Counted from the stretch's first letter, positions 26,313 through 40,877 are shown. The stretch: 64,000 bases of DNA from the human T2T-CHM13v2.0 reference genome, Homo sapiens (GCF_009914755.1 NC_060927.1); one strand, 5' to 3'. The notes: generated by a model not told the origin, from the letters alone. A program made the numbers and translations.

Positions 26313-27676
26313 TGCTGCCTTATGAGTATATGCTATGCTAAAATTTGAAGATGGCAAGGAGTAGAAATATTTATGACCCAGTTCTTGCATTAAAGGAGCT
26401 CAGGGTTTTTAGAGTTATATAAAATGGAATTTGTTATACTACAGGGCTTCATACCTGAAATAAAACAGATTCAGATAAAGTTGGCAAGTAAAATTGGTTA
26501 ATATATTCTACCTTCAGGATCTGGTAGCAATGAATGATTTGCATTCAGGTCCAACATTTACATGGAACTAAATTAAGCTTTGTCCACATTCTGGCATTTG
26601 TCATATACAGGAATATCTATGAAAGGCATTGTTTAAACTTTGATGGAAGGCATAATGGGAAATACGAAAAAACTAAAATTTTGGAATCAATATGATTTCT
26701 GGGAATAAATCCACTGTGGTTAACAGAATCTGAATTCAGGAAAAGCAACATGGCCAGGGGTAGAAGTAGCTTCTGGGAGAACATGGTGACTATACTTGAC
26801 TTTACCGTTGATCTAAACTCATGTAGCACATCCGTATTCTTGGAACTGTTTAAAACAGACACACACACAACAAACAAAAAGTAATGACCTAGCTGTAAAT
26901 TAAGGAATTCTAACAACTGAGAATCATGCAATGCTCCTTGGAATCATAGAATAGAATGATTTTACTTCTACGAGAACAAAGACAAGACATTATGGTCAAT
27001 ATGAATAGTATGACTCATCAGGAGAAGAATATTGGAGAGAAGAGTGAGTAATATTGGAGACAATCATGTCTGGGTCCAAAAAAGTAAAACTATCATGAGA
27101 CATAGCACTGGAGAACTCTACAGGGAAGTGTAGAGAAGGGTACTTGAAGCAGGAAAACCTCACAGAAGGGCCGAAGAGGCTATGTGTTAGTAACCGGAAT
27201 CTAGCTCAAGGCAGAACAGTTGCCTGAAAAGAATGAAATGGAATGAAAGGTCAGGGGCATAGACTGTGGTTTACAAAAAATATTGGGAACACAACCAGGA
27301 GCTGAGCATCCTGAGGGGCAAACCCTTCTGTTGGAGCAATGGTAGTCCTGAGAAATACTGTGGGGGTGATATAATTGCGGGTATGTCAGGGCAATGTCAA
27401 AGGTACTGTTATTGCAGGAGTATATGCAGCTAATTTAAATCGACCAGGAACACATGAAAGACTTCTAAATACTCTCAGAGACACTGGAAGGGTGAACCTT
27501 AAATGACAGTCTGGGAGTCTACAATTACACAGATGTAACTATGGAGTTACCAAAGTTCAGATTAATCATTAATGGGATCTAATTTGTGCCCAGAGACTGT
27601 GAAAGTCTACCACATTCAGACTACAGAGAGCTGAAAATAAAGATAAGTTTAAGTTTCAATTTAAACTTTCATTCTG

Positions 27677-28001
<325 letters not shown>

Positions 28002-28204
28002 TTATTCATGTTAAAGGAGAAATGTAAACCAATTGTATAAATCCAGATTATGCAAAATGCAATAATTATAGGGAAGTAGCGGGCCTCTAAATAATTATTT
28101 TAATCAATGAATATGGATGTTCATAGTTTTGCCACCTTTGATATGACACAATTTGGAAGCAAAACAAATGTAAGCTTATGTGTGCATATTCCAAAATGTA
28201 TTTT

Positions 28205-28840
28205 CTTTAGGATTTTTGCATCTATGTTCATATTGGTATGTAGTTTTCTTTTTTTGTTGTGTCCTTGTCTGGCTTTGGTATTGGGGTGAAACCTACTTCC
28301 TAGACTGAATTAGGGAGAATTCCTTCCTCGTTGATTTTTTGGAATTTTCAGGAGGATTGGTACCAGTTCTTCCTTGTATGTTTGGTAGAATTTTCCTGTG
28401 AATCCTTCTGGTCCTGGGCTTCCTTTCACTACTTGTTACTGATTTGTTCAGGATTTCTATTTCTTCCTGGTTCAATCTTGGAAGATTGTATGTTTCCAGG
28501 AATTTATCCATTTTATCTAGGCATTTTAGTTTGTGGATATATAGCTGTTCATATTAGTCTCTGATGATCTTTTCTATTTCTGTGGTATCAGTTGTAAAGT
28601 CTCCTTTTTTATTCCTGATTATGCTTATTTGGATCCTCTCTTATTTTATTTGTTAGTCTAGCTAATGAGTTATCCATTCTGTTTATCTTTTCAAAGAACC
28701 AGCTTTTAATTTGTTATTTTTTTCTCAATTTTATTTAGTTCTCCTCTTACCTTTATTATTTGTTTTCTTTCACTAGCTTTGGGTTGGTTTGCTATATGCA
28801 GAAGACTGAAACTAGACCCCTATCTCTCACTATGTCAAAA
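28205..28840 (-). mobile_element. L1 ORF2 fragment (minus) plus short plus-strand L1 piece at ~28793-28840
   Basis: ORF 28293-28511(-) [19 protein letters not shown] is L1 ORF2p; ATGCAGAAGACTGAAACTAGACCCCTATCTC on plus. Confidence 0.88.
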
Positions 28841-28935
28841 AAAACACTTTACAGTATTTTTGACTATCTTATATTTATATAAAATATTTTATATTTATAA
28901 AATTAACACTATCTTTTGTGATAACATAACACCTT

Positions 28936-29095
28936 TATTACTGAAGACTAAGCTCTGAGTTTTTTCTCTTGCCCAAATTCCTGTCTAAAGAGTCTGGGGA
29001 GTCATACCCTACAAACCATAAATTCTCATCAGATGGGTTTTATTTAACCCTATATATTGTGACTTACTTTCCAATCCGACTTATTTTGGTTTACA
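28936..29095 (+). mobile_element. Internally deleted MER4-family LTR
   Basis: CTAAGCTCTG..CTTGCCCAAATTCC..AAATTCTCATCAGATGGGTTTTATTTAACCC joined directly to terminal TTTTGGTTTACA. Confidence 0.65.
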
Positions 29096-30824
29096 TTCAG
29101 AAAGGCAGTTCTCACTTTTTGTTATGTTACATTTTATCAGATTTCTTATGCAATCCTTTTCCTTCTCTCATATATTATTATAATTCAGGGTTGTTGCACA
29201 TCCTCTTATGATGCAATTTTTATCATTTCTAATGATTTCTTCATCTAGATAACCGAACAACATTTATTTAATGAGCTCCTGACTCACATGTCCGACTGAA
29301 TACCAAACATTACCGTTAGCTCAGGAACAGCACGGTTTAACACTGACATCATTTTCTCCCTTGCTTTTCTTTCTGAATGTCAGTTTTAGTCATTGTCGAT
29401 ATCATCTACACAGCTGTCAAAAGTCAAAAGTCTGGTGTTGTCCTTGCATCCACATTTGTCTTTCCCTTACTTTGCACAGTCAATTGGTCTCCAATTTCTG
29501 TTGATTCTACTGCCTACATTTGTAAAACTTTCAGTTTTCTCAACTTTCTGTATCATATTTTTAAATTTACATAACATTATTTACCTTCCTTGACTTAAAA
29601 AATATCTAAACTAATATTTTTCCATATCTCTAAGCCTATTCTTTCACTAAGTTGACTTAATTTTTCCAGTACACGAAATATGTCATGTCTCTCCTTACCT
29701 TAACACTCATCAATAACTGTCTATTACTATTAGGAATAAGTTCAAACTTTTAAGTATGATGAAAAATTTATGAAATTAAATTAATGTATTATTAAGGAAA
29801 AATTACAACCCATGAGAAAGGGTGATTCTAAAGAGAACATCTGATAGCAAGTACTGGAAAAATAAAATCACACTTAAGTTGGGAGCCTTCCATCAAACCA
29901 GTGACAGGTTTTTCTTGTTGTTGCTCTACTTTTTGGTGTGTGTATATGTCATGGGAGGATAAAGTGTTGAGTAGATCAGATAATCATAACCCAAGGTGAT
30001 AATGAACTCTAAATGTGAAAAAAAAAAAAGTAGAATTGGAAGCCAAAACTGCATGTATCATTGAAACAGTGAATTCTAGTAACGGAGGAGTGAGCAGTTA
30101 GTAATAATTATCTTACTATATAGACTAATTTATTTATTTAGCCAGTAAAAAATAGTTAATGATGCAACATTTTGAATAACTATTTATTTAAAGGTATCTA
30201 CACTTTCTGAAAACAAAGGAAAAACCCCAGGTAGAAACTAAAAGCAGTATTTTTGGGCTTTTAGAATTGTTGAATAGTGCAGTGTTTACAACATAGAAAG
30301 CATCATGTGGAAAATAAAATTCTTAACTTTCTCGAGGCTTATTTCTCAAAATAAGAGTACCAGTTTTACTCTAGGTTTAACAGTGGCCAAATTGTTTGAT
30401 ATTTGACAAGAGAAAGGAAGTCACCTCCCTCAGGAAAAACTTAGTGAAGCAGGATATCACTCTCTATAGATGTTTAAGGGAGGGAGGCATATGGTTGACT
30501 TTGCTACCCAAATCTGAGGGAAGAGACTTTAAAGAAATCAGCCAATAACTTTTTATGTGGTTTAATATATACTGGAAAGGACGCATGCTGACCTGTTTCA
30601 TTGTTAATGTAGAAATGACAGAGACTGGAAAGAGATGCATTGTTAGAATAGTCAGCCAAGCTACTAGAACAAGCTCACTTCAGTTCCCAGTTCTTCAGAG
30701 GTAAAAGAGATAGATCCATTCAAGTCGACAGCTCCCTAAATGCAGAAATATTTCTAGGCAGAAATATATTTATTATAGAATTTTATATAAGAAATGGGTC
30801 GCAGGTATCTTGGACTAACAGGTC

Positions 30825-31090
30825 TACAAATTCTTGATCTCAATCCTCCTTCTCAGTAACTGGCAGCACCATCCATTCAGTTGGTGAAATCAAAACCTTG
30901 TAGTTATTCTTAATTTCACTTATACTCTTTTAGTCCATTAGCAAAAAATGTCAGTATTAATTCTATATAGATTACAAATCTGATTTTTTTTTCTTTTTTC
31001 AGCACTAGTACACTAAGCTACCTTGAGCTCTCTCCATTTGCATGGAACAGGATCAATGCTTAGTGAATATTTTTTGAACAATTGATTGAA
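30825..31090 (+). mobile_element. L2 fragment
   Basis: CTCAGTAACTGGCAGCACCATCCATTCAGTTG..AAAACCTTGTAGTTATTCTT; end ATGCTTAGTGAATATTTTTTGAA. Confidence 0.55.
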
Positions 31091-32737
31091 AATTATATAT
31101 GCATTGATTCATGAAAAGACTCTGTGAGAATATTTCCATTTTATTTTTAATTAAAAAATAATTTTAAACAGGATGCTTATTACTTTCCAAACTTATTCAG
31201 GACGAGCTTAACTGTATAATCTTCTCTTGACAACTCTTCTAATTTCTGATTGTAGAAATTTTGCTGATCCCTCAAAATTCTTTTAAGATAGTATCTTCTC
31301 TAGGAAACTTTCCTGCATTCTTCCAAGGAAATATTATTTGTTACTCTCTAAATCTCCATGTGTATACTCCAGTTTTATCTCTCTGTGATGCTTGAAACAT
31401 GTTTTTCCTGACATTTAGTTATTGTTCTGAGTTTTACAAACTCCTTGAGGCCATCTTCTTTCAAATAATAAGACATAGCAAGTTCTACTATTGTCATATT
31501 AGAATCCTTCCTTCCCCATGAGTTAATGTAGTTGTAATGTGACTTCTTTTAACAAAATAATTAAAACACACACATGCACTACATGTATAGGAATGTATTA
31601 TATTTAAATTCCACATATAGCCTTATTGGTAAGTATTTTCATATAAGTGAATGAAAGAAATAATACTTGAATGAAGAGTAAAGCCTGTCTGGTGGGATGA
31701 ACTACGAACAGTAAAATACAAATATTCATGTTTTAAGAAGTATTTTTAAATGTGCATATATAAGAAATATAGAAAATGAAAGAATTAGCTTCACATACTA
31801 ATAGTGATAATAATTTATTACCTGTGCATATTATAATTGGTTTGTTTAAAGAATCCGCATTATAATCACATTAACTCACTTCAGGGTGTTTAATGTAACA
31901 ATATCATTTCCTGCTGTGTCTTATTACTTAAATGGAGTTGCAGTTTGGTTTTCCTGCTGACTATTCAATTGTATTTCCTAGACAAAGACAGATAGTAACT
32001 TACCTCAAATTATACTTGTTTATCTAAGGAGAACATTGATCAATACTGTATGATCTGAGGCCAGCTACCTCTTTTTTCCCTAATCACACTGCATTTAAGG
32101 AAGGGTAAAGATATCTGGCATTTTCAAATATTGGTTCAATTCAATTTACCACACATTAGGCAGCTCTGATGTGCTGCATTATGCTTGCCATTATGTAAGA
32201 TTTTAAGTACACAATGTAGTTGGGCAACACACTATTTGCCCAGCACTTTGCACATTACATAAGAGTTCACATTCATTATGATGTCTAATTATCAAGATAA
32301 TGAATATGATTAGTCATAATAACTAGCTAAGTAAGGAAGAGAGATAGTATTAATCACAATTTATAATTTTAGACATTGTTTTAGAGATCAGCGTTCTAAC
32401 TGCGGTGTTTCAACAACAAACTGCATTTTGTGCTATAGAATATTGTGCTCCAAAATTACAACTACATTATATTTTATCTCTTGGTCACCTTATCATCTAA
32501 ACCAAATTGTACATGTGAATGAAGTGCCCAACACCACACCTTAACCTCAAAATTTCTCTAACATAATTTCATACCATACACTAAATCTTCTTATCATTCT
32601 AAACAGCAGAATCCCTGAAATTCAGGAGCTCAACCGTGTACATGTACACAATTTCTTTCGTTGCAGGCCTTTTATTCCATTAGCTCTATTCTGGCTGATC
32701 TTTGTTCATATCAAGCCCCCAACTCTCTATACTTTAT

Positions 32738-32811
32738 TTATCTTTCAGATCTCTCCTGGCTTCCTTCATTTTCTTATCTTTCAGATCTCTCCGGCTTCCT
32801 TCATTTTCTTA
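32738..32811 (+). repeat. 36-bp tandem duplication
   Basis: TTATCTTTCAGATCTCTCC(T)GGCTTCCTTCATTTTC twice, differing by one indel. Confidence 0.95.
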
Positions 32812-33799
32812 CAAGATGATGTCATAAAATAACTCAATTTAATCACTCTCTGGCCAAAATATGAATTTCGTTTCTGTATTGCTATGTTTTACCACCACCC
32901 TGCAACACCCTTCTCCACAACAGAACCAGATCTGTTCAATGTATAGAGGAGACCTGTGTGTCGATTTCACCCTAAACTTATGATCTGGGTCCTCATTTGG
33001 CTTTCACTGTTATTATACACTTTATACATTCCCCTCAGCGTTCACCCCAAACTCACCTTTACTCCCAGGTTTCCTCTTTCCACCCATTCAGGAAATGAGT
33101 TGGTGATTTTATTTCAGAAACATAAAGGGATGACAGCACTTGAGCTAATCCTTACTTCCCTGGCCTGATGCCTGTAGTTTTATTTTCATGCCCAATTAGT
33201 CTTACTACTCTTTGTTTTTCTTACTTAAGTAAATGGTTTCTGTCCATGTTGTGAAAATAAAATTTTCATCAACACAATTGATTTCATTTTCTTGTGTTTC
33301 CTGAAATACTTTTTCTCATATATTACCTCTTCTTACCTACATCTTCAAACTCATCTCCCATATTGACATTTTAAAACTTTATAACAGCATTTACAAATTC
33401 CGGAGGACTTTTAGTGTTTTTTTTTTTTAAAAAAAAAACCCTCCTTCAACCTCTGCTTTCTCATATTTTGTCTTTCTTCTGCTTTTATCCCCCCTCTTCT
33501 TCCCTTCTTGCCTCTGCTCCTTCTTGGAAGCAGCTAGTTGTCAAATAATTTTTTCTAAGAACGCTTCTATTATTTCTATTCAACCGTCCATTTTGTTGTA
33601 GTTGTCATTACTGCCATTCACTAATTATTGTGACTTCTCCCTCCTTCTGCTAATATGGTACTAGCTTGCCTCATTAAACCTAAGTATATTGTGCCCAGCC
33701 ATAGAAACACATATCAGAGCTGTCAGTGTACCCACCGCCTCACCCCGTGATCCATTTGCTATTTTAGCGTACAAAGGCTCACATGTTTTTCTCTGCCAA

Positions 33800-34165
33800 A
33801 ATATAGACTGTGTCTCTTACTGGGCCACCAAAATTTTAAAAGCTGAGCATTTTACATCACCACATAAAAAATCTTAAAAATTAACTGACAAATGATGGGG
33901 TAGAATAATGCAGGTTCTGTGCCTTCTGTGCCCTGTGGTCAGGACAACTTTCAGGTTTGACTTCCCCAGTCTCCTGAGTGGCCCTGATGACCTGATGATG
34001 GAGCCGGAAGTACTCTTCAGGGAACTCTGCTTGATAGTGCAACCCTACTTGGCTTTCTTTCTTTTTAGTTCCATTTCTCCAATTTCGTACATGTTTTAGC
34101 TGCATAACACTTACTACTGATATCACTTTCACATAAACTGTCAGCTGGGGAACCCAAACTAAAAC
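33800..34165 (+). mobile_element. LTR16-like ERVL LTR
   Basis: TGATGGAGCCGGAAGT motif and terminal GGGGAACCCAAACTAAAACA. Confidence 0.55.
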
Positions 34166-34194
34166 AAAACAAAACAAAAAAATGTGTGGAATTA

Positions 34195-34460
34195 ATATGT
34201 GTCATACCAGGCTTAAGGAGCTCAGCTTATGTATGATTCATCACTTACTATTTTCCTCTACCCTGGCAACTGGCAATATTCCAAACAGTGACTGCTCCTT
34301 TGGCCAGAGGCCTAGAGTGAGAAAAGTATGAAGCAAAGCCCACAGTTAAGTTATAATGGACACGTGCATGAGGATAAAAATGACGCTTTCCTTTTAAAAG
34401 ATGCTAAATTATCAGATGGTTTGTTACTACAGCATAATCTAGCCCATCCTTCTACTAATG
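34195..34460 (+). mobile_element. Old MLT1 LTR 3' fragment
   Basis: GGTTTGTTACTACAGCATAATCTAGCCCATCCT..ACTAAT end motif. Confidence 0.6.
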
Positions 34461-34496
34461 GACATGAATTTACACTTCATTTGTATCAATTTATAT

Positions 34497-34790
34497 GTTA
34501 TCAGACCAGGCTAGGTTATGCTGTGGTGATAAATTCCAAAATCTCAATGGCTTGCAATGAGAAAGGTTCATTTTTTGCTTCTGCCAGTCTCCTCACTCCT
34601 GGACTCATTCTGGCGAAGGAGCACACCATAAAATGTGCTTGTGGCTCTGGCAGAGGGAGAAAGCGCTAGAGTTACAAGAAAATATTCAGCACATGTAATT
34701 TACTCTCATAACTCATTAGCTAAAAGCAGTCATATGACCTCATCTGACCACAGTGGAACCAGGAAGTATAATTCTACATTATATCCTACA
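34497..34790 (-). mobile_element. Old MLT1 (K/L-like) LTR fragment
   Basis: AGGCTAGGTTATGCTGTGGTGA..AAAATCTCAATGGCTT; TCATTAGCTAAAAGCAGTCATATGACC. Confidence 0.55.
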
Positions 34791-35074
34791 TTATATTTCC
34801 TGGCCCCACTGTGGTCAGATGAGTAGTACAGAATAATCTCAGTCTCTCAAGATTGAGAGGTGAAAATATTCAGAGAATTGTCCTAGTGAGATTGGTATAG
34901 TTTTCAACTCATGGATGTCTGGTTTCCATACAAACTACTCCCTAAACCTGTTATCACCAAGGTCACAAAATACAGTGTTTCTTGAGCTTTCCTTTACACT
35001 TTAAATTGTTGAATACCATATTCTTTATTAAATTATTTGCTTTTTTTCTATTATTTAATTAAGTATGCTTTAGA

Positions 35075-36265
35075 TTTTATGTAATTGAAAAATCACAGGC
35101 TGGTTTAAAAGTTAACATGGGTTGTCTCTGGTTCAGGCAAAAAGATAAAGGTAAATCTGAAAATTCTCCTGCCAACACATTCCTAGAAATGCTAATGCAA
35201 ACAGAAGTGGATATTATCCAAGTGGATAATTTATTAAGAAGAGGAAAGTAAAAGAATATTTTAGTACATTTTGGATAGGAATATTTCCTTAAACAAGATA
35301 TAATAAATGTAAACCATAAAGGAGATACTACCATAAGTTTAGCACATTAATATTTAAGACTTTGTATTAATTAAGACACAAAACATAAAAAATAAAAACC
35401 AATTGTATACTGGAAAGAAATTTTTTTCACCCATATGTTGGATAAAAGGGTTTGTAACAAGAATAATAGAAAGCTCCAATGATTAAGAAAAAAAACAACA
35501 AAGAAATCATAAGGAGCTGATGAGAAAAGAGATGAAGCATTTAAACAAGCCTCAGAGAAAAAACTCTGCCAAAATTTGCATGTAGAAGTGAGTTTAATAT
35601 CCACAACCTCTTGAGTAATCAGGGAAACACAAATTAAAACCGTATGATTTTATAGCCAACAGAATGAAAAATGTAGTTAAATATAATAAATTGTTTTTAA
35701 AAATCATGTGCTAGAGAAACAAAAACTTGTAACTTTGCAGGTGAGTTGATAAATTAGTTTAACATTTTGGAAAGCAATTGTGCAATATCTAATAAATTTG
35801 AAGTTGTGTAGACTTTATATCCCAGTAATCTTGGGTCAAGGGAGACTCTCATACATGCACAGAGACGATTTAGAACACTGTCTATTGTAGCACTTTGTGT
35901 AATAGAATAAATATGGGGGTAACTATTTCTTAATATTTACTGCATAAACTGGCATATTCATTGAATAAAATATTATATAGCAGGTACATTATATAAACTT
36001 ATATAAACTACATTATCCAGTATCAACATCAAATACAACATAGATATAACTTATGCACATAATTTTGAGGGAGGAAAATAAGAAATAAGTTGTAAATACA
36101 TATGTATAAAGTTATATATATATATATACAACTTTTAAAAATCAAAACAATGAATGTTATTTATGAATTCACTAATCTGAGGTAAAAGCAGGAAAACTTG
36201 CCTATAAATATTATTTTCCACTTTCAGGATAGTAATCACCTCTAAGGCTGGAGATGAAGTGCATG
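35075..36265 (+). mobile_element. Old L1ME-like 3' fragment
   Basis: AGTAATCAGGGAAACACAAATTAAAAC; TTTTGGAAAGCAATT; TTTCAGGATAGTAATCACCTCT. Confidence 0.65.
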
Positions 36266-36271
36266 AAAAAC

Positions 36272-36857
36272 TGATAGGCAGGCTCCAAAATGGTTCTGAG
36301 AATTCTTGCCTTCTAATATTCATTCCCCTATGTAATAACTCCTTTCAAGTTTGGACTGGACCTAATGACTCACTTTTAATGGATTTAATGACAAACCTTA
36401 TGGGATATCATTTCAGGGATTAGGTTATAAAGAGATGGTGGCTTCCATCTTGAGTTTCCTACCCTGCTCTCTCGCTTGCTCTGAGGAAACCAGCTGGTAT
36501 GTTGTGAGCTGATCTATGCAGTGGCCTATACGGCAAAGAACTGAAGAGGCCAGAGGCTAATTCCTCAACTAGTGAGGAACTAAAGCTCTTATCCAATAGC
36601 CTACAAGGAAATGAATCCTAGTAGCAACCACATGAGTAAGCCTGGAAGCAGATCCTCCCCTAGCCCAGCCATCAGATGAGACCACAGGCCTGGCTGACAC
36701 CTTGGTTGCAGCCTTGTAAGAGACCTTGAGGTAGCAGTGCCTAGCCAAGGAATGTTTAGATTCCCACTCCACAGAAACAATAAAATAATGAGTGTCTATT
36801 GTTTTAGACCACGAAGTTTGGGGGTAAATTTTGAAGCAGCAACAGCTAACTAATACA
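36272..36857 (+). mobile_element. MLT1F/E-like solo LTR
   Basis: GATTAGGTTATAAAGA..GGCTTCCATCTTG; GACACCTTGGTTGCAGCCTTG; ends GCAGCAACAGCTAACTAATACA. Confidence 0.85.
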
Positions 36858-37038
36858 GGAAGGCTGGAGAAATAACTGAAAATGTCTGGCAGCCTGGTAA
36901 AATCAGTGAATTTCCACCAGGGCTCTTGTTCAATTTCTCTGCACTTAGCTTGACTTTACCATACTCTGTGATTGCAACCTCATGCTGGTGGTAAGATAAC
37001 TATGACAGCCACATGCCTTGCAGTCACTCATATCTAGC

Positions 37039-37524
37039 CAGTGCTGTCCAGCAGAAGTATAATGGGAGTCACAAATATAATTTAAAATTTTTTAGAAAAC
37101 ATGCATAAAAAAGTAAATAGAACCTGATAAAATTAATTTCAATAATATATTTTATTTAACCCAACATAATCAAAACACTTATTCCCACCCATAATCTACA
37201 TAATCAAATTATTGAGATATTGTGCATTCCCTTTGTCATGCTAAATATACATATGAAAGTGCATATTTTGAAATATATGTAGATGAAAAAGTGGATTCTA
37301 TTTCAAAGTTTTTTCAAATATATTTAAAAGTTTTCCAATAATGAAATTGAGTATCAGTTTTTAAATTTAATTATGATTAATAAAATTAAATAAAATTTAA
37401 GAAAATTTTATTCTATCAAATTAAATTATTAAATTAAATACAATTTTATTTAGTAGCTTTGCTAGCTACATTTCAAGTACCCAATAGCCACATGTGACCA
37501 GTAGCTACCATATTGGACAGTCTG
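37039..37524. mobile_element. Charlie1b/MER33-like hAT element
   Basis: TIR-like ends CAGTGCTGTCCA... and ...ATATTGGACAGTCTG; MER33-like AT-rich body. Confidence 0.8.
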
Positions 37525-39553
37525 ATTCCAGAAAATATTTCTCCTGAAACATAACTTTTTTTTTTCCAGCTATCAGCAATTTCTCTTTGTTGTTTTTTGG
37601 CTAATTTGGGCCATATATATATATTTTTTAATTGATCCTTTTAAAGGGGTATAGAATTCTACTTTAGAAAAGTTGCTCTAACCCTTTCTGTATTTTAGAT
37701 TCACCTAGAGAAATTTTTAAAAATCCTGTGTTTTGCTTTCAAACTCAGGCATTCTAATGAACTTAGTTGCTTCTATGTATCAAATTGTTTTCTTAAGAGC
37801 TTCTTGCAGGACAGGGATTAAAAATAGAGTATGTTCTGTGTTTCTACTTACTAACTAAAACATAACCTTTGGAATGGGCCCTGAGAATTGCTTTTTTTCT
37901 TTTTTTTTTTCCTAAGTTCCGAGTGATCCTGATGCTAGTCAAGGAAGGGAATGACTGGTTAGAATCAATGCCCACACCTGAGAATTGTGCTTGAGATAGA
38001 TTCTCCTGAAGACACAGGGCTTCACAGGAAGGAGAGATAATTATTGGATGGAAAACAGAACTGAGAAGAGAAATCACTTGTATGTATATAATTGTACATC
38101 AACTGTCTCTGCTATACTGTCTGGGTATTCCTTCTAACTTTTAGGTGTATTTTCAGTCTCTGTCACTGCTTTTACATTGCTGGCCCCTCCTTAAATGGGT
38201 TCCCTAGGTTCCTGTTGCCAGCTTCTCACTGTGCATTTTGCTTTATTCCACTCTTTCCTATCTTGAGTTTTCACTACCATCTATAACAGAATAATCCATA
38301 ATGCTTTGCCTTGTACATTTCAGATCATCAGTTGAAAATAATTCTGATTCATTGCAACTTGACTGCCAGACTTGTTTTTTCACATTAACTTTTTATACTC
38401 AACATTAATACAGCAATTTTTATTGCTTCTATAGCAGTTACTGTATGTTGTAGCAGTAAAATGTATGTCCAACAGTATTGCTGTAATTTTTAGCTACTGA
38501 AAGAATTATTTTTAAATTCAAACCTATAAAATTTACTCCTGATGACACTATTGCTATTTTAGTGCTATTTTAGTGTGCTTCAATGATAAATATAATATGA
38601 CCATGCCTGAAACCTATACGAGCTTCAAAAAAAGTGGGTTTTTGTTTATAATGTGCTAGAATATAGGTTTTATTTATTTTTATTTTTTGAGTCATTGGTG
38701 AAATTGCTAATATCCAAGAACCACAGCTTTGTCTCATCCGTTACATTACAGCCTCTCTGTAATAGTCTCTGGTAGGGTGGAAAGACTTTCAAGGATTTTC
38801 TTAAAGAAATATATTTGTCTGTTATCTCAGAGACACAGAGAAAAAATGTAAACGTATTTATGTTAGACTAATTCAACAGCATAACTGATGTAGATTTTCC
38901 AGAATGGGAGCAGTTATTTTTTTAAAGTCAGCAGATTATTTATAAGAATATTCTGTAAGATTTCTCTGTCTTAAAATTATTTATATTTCTTTACTCATTA
39001 ATTTCACTTCTAGAATCTTAAGGAAATAAACAAAAATACAATAAAAACATTATGCCCAAAGATATTATTTAAAATAGTCATCATATTTAGACTTTGGAAA
39101 TATTCCACATTTTCATCAATAAACACAATTTAAGTGAAATGGATTCTTATACAAATTTTAAACTAATGTTTATGAAAAATTTCAAACATAAGTGAAAATG
39201 ATTTTAAAATATTTAGTAAGGAAGTTCATTTTTCTTGGTTGGGTCTAAGACCTGTGCTAGATCTTTCTTTTGAGGAATGAGACCAGGAAGGAATAAAGGT
39301 GAGCCTGGGAAAAGGTAGACTTGTTTCTCCTTGCTGTCTCTGCTAAAGAGTCCTAATTCTTGGCAGGGCATATTTTTAGAACATTCTTGACCCACATCTC
39401 TCTGTTAATAATAAGAATAATATCACACCTGTAATCCCAGCACTTTGGTTGGCCAAGGCGGCTGGAACATGAGATCAGGAGTTCAAGACCGGCCTGACCA
39501 ATATGGTGAAACCAGTCTCTAATAAAAATACAAAAATTAACCAGGTGTGGTAG

Positions 39554-40877
39554 TGTGTCCAGAATTGGTGGGTTCTTGGTCTCACTGACTTCAAGAATGA
39601 AGCCACGGACCCTCGCGATGAGTGTTACAGCTCTTAAGGTGGCGCGTCTGGAGTTTGTTCCTTCTGATGTTCAGATGCATTCAGAGTTTCTTCCTTCTGG
39701 TGGGTTCGTGGTCTCGCTGGCTCAGGAGTGAAGCTGCAGACCTTCCTGGTGAGTGTTACAGCTCATAAAGGCAGTGTGGACCCAGAGTGAGCTGTAACAA
39801 GATTTATTGCAAAGAGTGAAAGAACAAAGCTTCCACAGTGTGGAAGGGGACCCCAGCAGGTTGCCACTGCTGGCTCCAGCAGCCTGCTTTTATTCTCTTA
39901 TGTGGCCCCACCCACATCCTGCTGATTGGTAGAGCCAAGTGGCCTGTTTTGACAGGGCTCTGATTGGTGCGTTTACAATCCCTGAGCTAGATACAAAGGT
40001 TCTCCACGTCCCCATCAGATTAGTTAGATACAGAGTATGGACACAAAGGTTCTCCAAGGCCCTACCAGAGCAGCTAGATACAGAGTGTTGATTGGTGCAC
40101 TCACAAACCCTGAGCTAAACACAGGGTGCTGATTGGTGTGTTTACAAACCTTGAGCTAGATACAGAGTGCCAATTGGTGTATTTACGATCCCTGAGCTAG
40201 ACATAAAGGTTCTCCACGTCCCCACCAGACTCGAGCCCAGCTGGCTTCACCCAGTGGATCCCGCACTGCGGCTGCAGGTGGAGCTGCCTGCCAGTCCCGC
40301 GCCGTGCGCCTGCACTCCTCAGCCCTTGGGTGGTCGATGGGACTGGGCGCCATGGAGCAGGGGGTGGCGCTCGTGGAGGAGGCTCTGGCCACACAGGAGC
40401 CCACAGAGGGCGTGGGAGGCTCAGGCATGGAGGGCTGCAGGTCCCCAGCCCTGCCCCGCGGGAAGGCAGCTAAGGCCTGGCGAGAAATCGAGCGCAGCGC
40501 CAGTGGGCTGGCACTGCTGGGGCACCCAGTACAGCCTCCACAGCCGCTGGCCCGGGTGCTAAGCCCCTCATTGCCCGGGGCCTGCAGGGCTGGCCGGCTG
40601 CTCCGAGTGCAGGGCCCGCCAAGCCCACGCCCACCCGGAACTCCAGCTGGCCCGCAAGCGCCGCGCGCAGCCCCGGTTCCCGCTCGCGCCTCTCGCTCCA
40701 CACCTCCCTGCAAGCTGAGGGAGTGGGCTGCGGCCTTGGCCAGCCCAGAAAAGGGTTCCCACAGTGCAGCGGTGGGCTGAAGGGCTCCTCAAGTGCCGCC
40801 AAAGTGGGAGCCCAGGCAGAGGAGGCGCCCAGAGCGAGCGAGGGCTGTGAGGACTGCCAGCACGCTGTCACCTCTCA
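39554..40877 (-). mobile_element. LTR12C-like solo LTR (ERV9)
   Basis: Minus start TGAGAGGTGACAGCGTGCTGGCAGTCCTC, end ..TCTGGACACA; tandem CCAAT/GATA repeats; CpG-rich U3; 4-bp TSD GTAG. Confidence 0.97.
39880..40230 (-). promoter_or_regulatory. LTR12 enhancer/promoter core (multiple CCAAT/NF-Y and GATA motifs, AATAAAA TATA-like box)
   Basis: Repeated ATTGGT and CTAGATA on plus strand; TTTTATT at ~39888-39894; known ERV9 LTR architecture. Confidence 0.75.

Noticed and set aside
27561-27573. HNF1-like palindrome ATTAATCATTAAT
   Set aside because: Single motif in AT-rich DNA with no supporting context
40167-40871. Overlapping GC-rich ORFs of 130-176 aa and CpG-island-like composition
   Set aside because: Entirely within the LTR12C U3; GC richness explains the lack of stops
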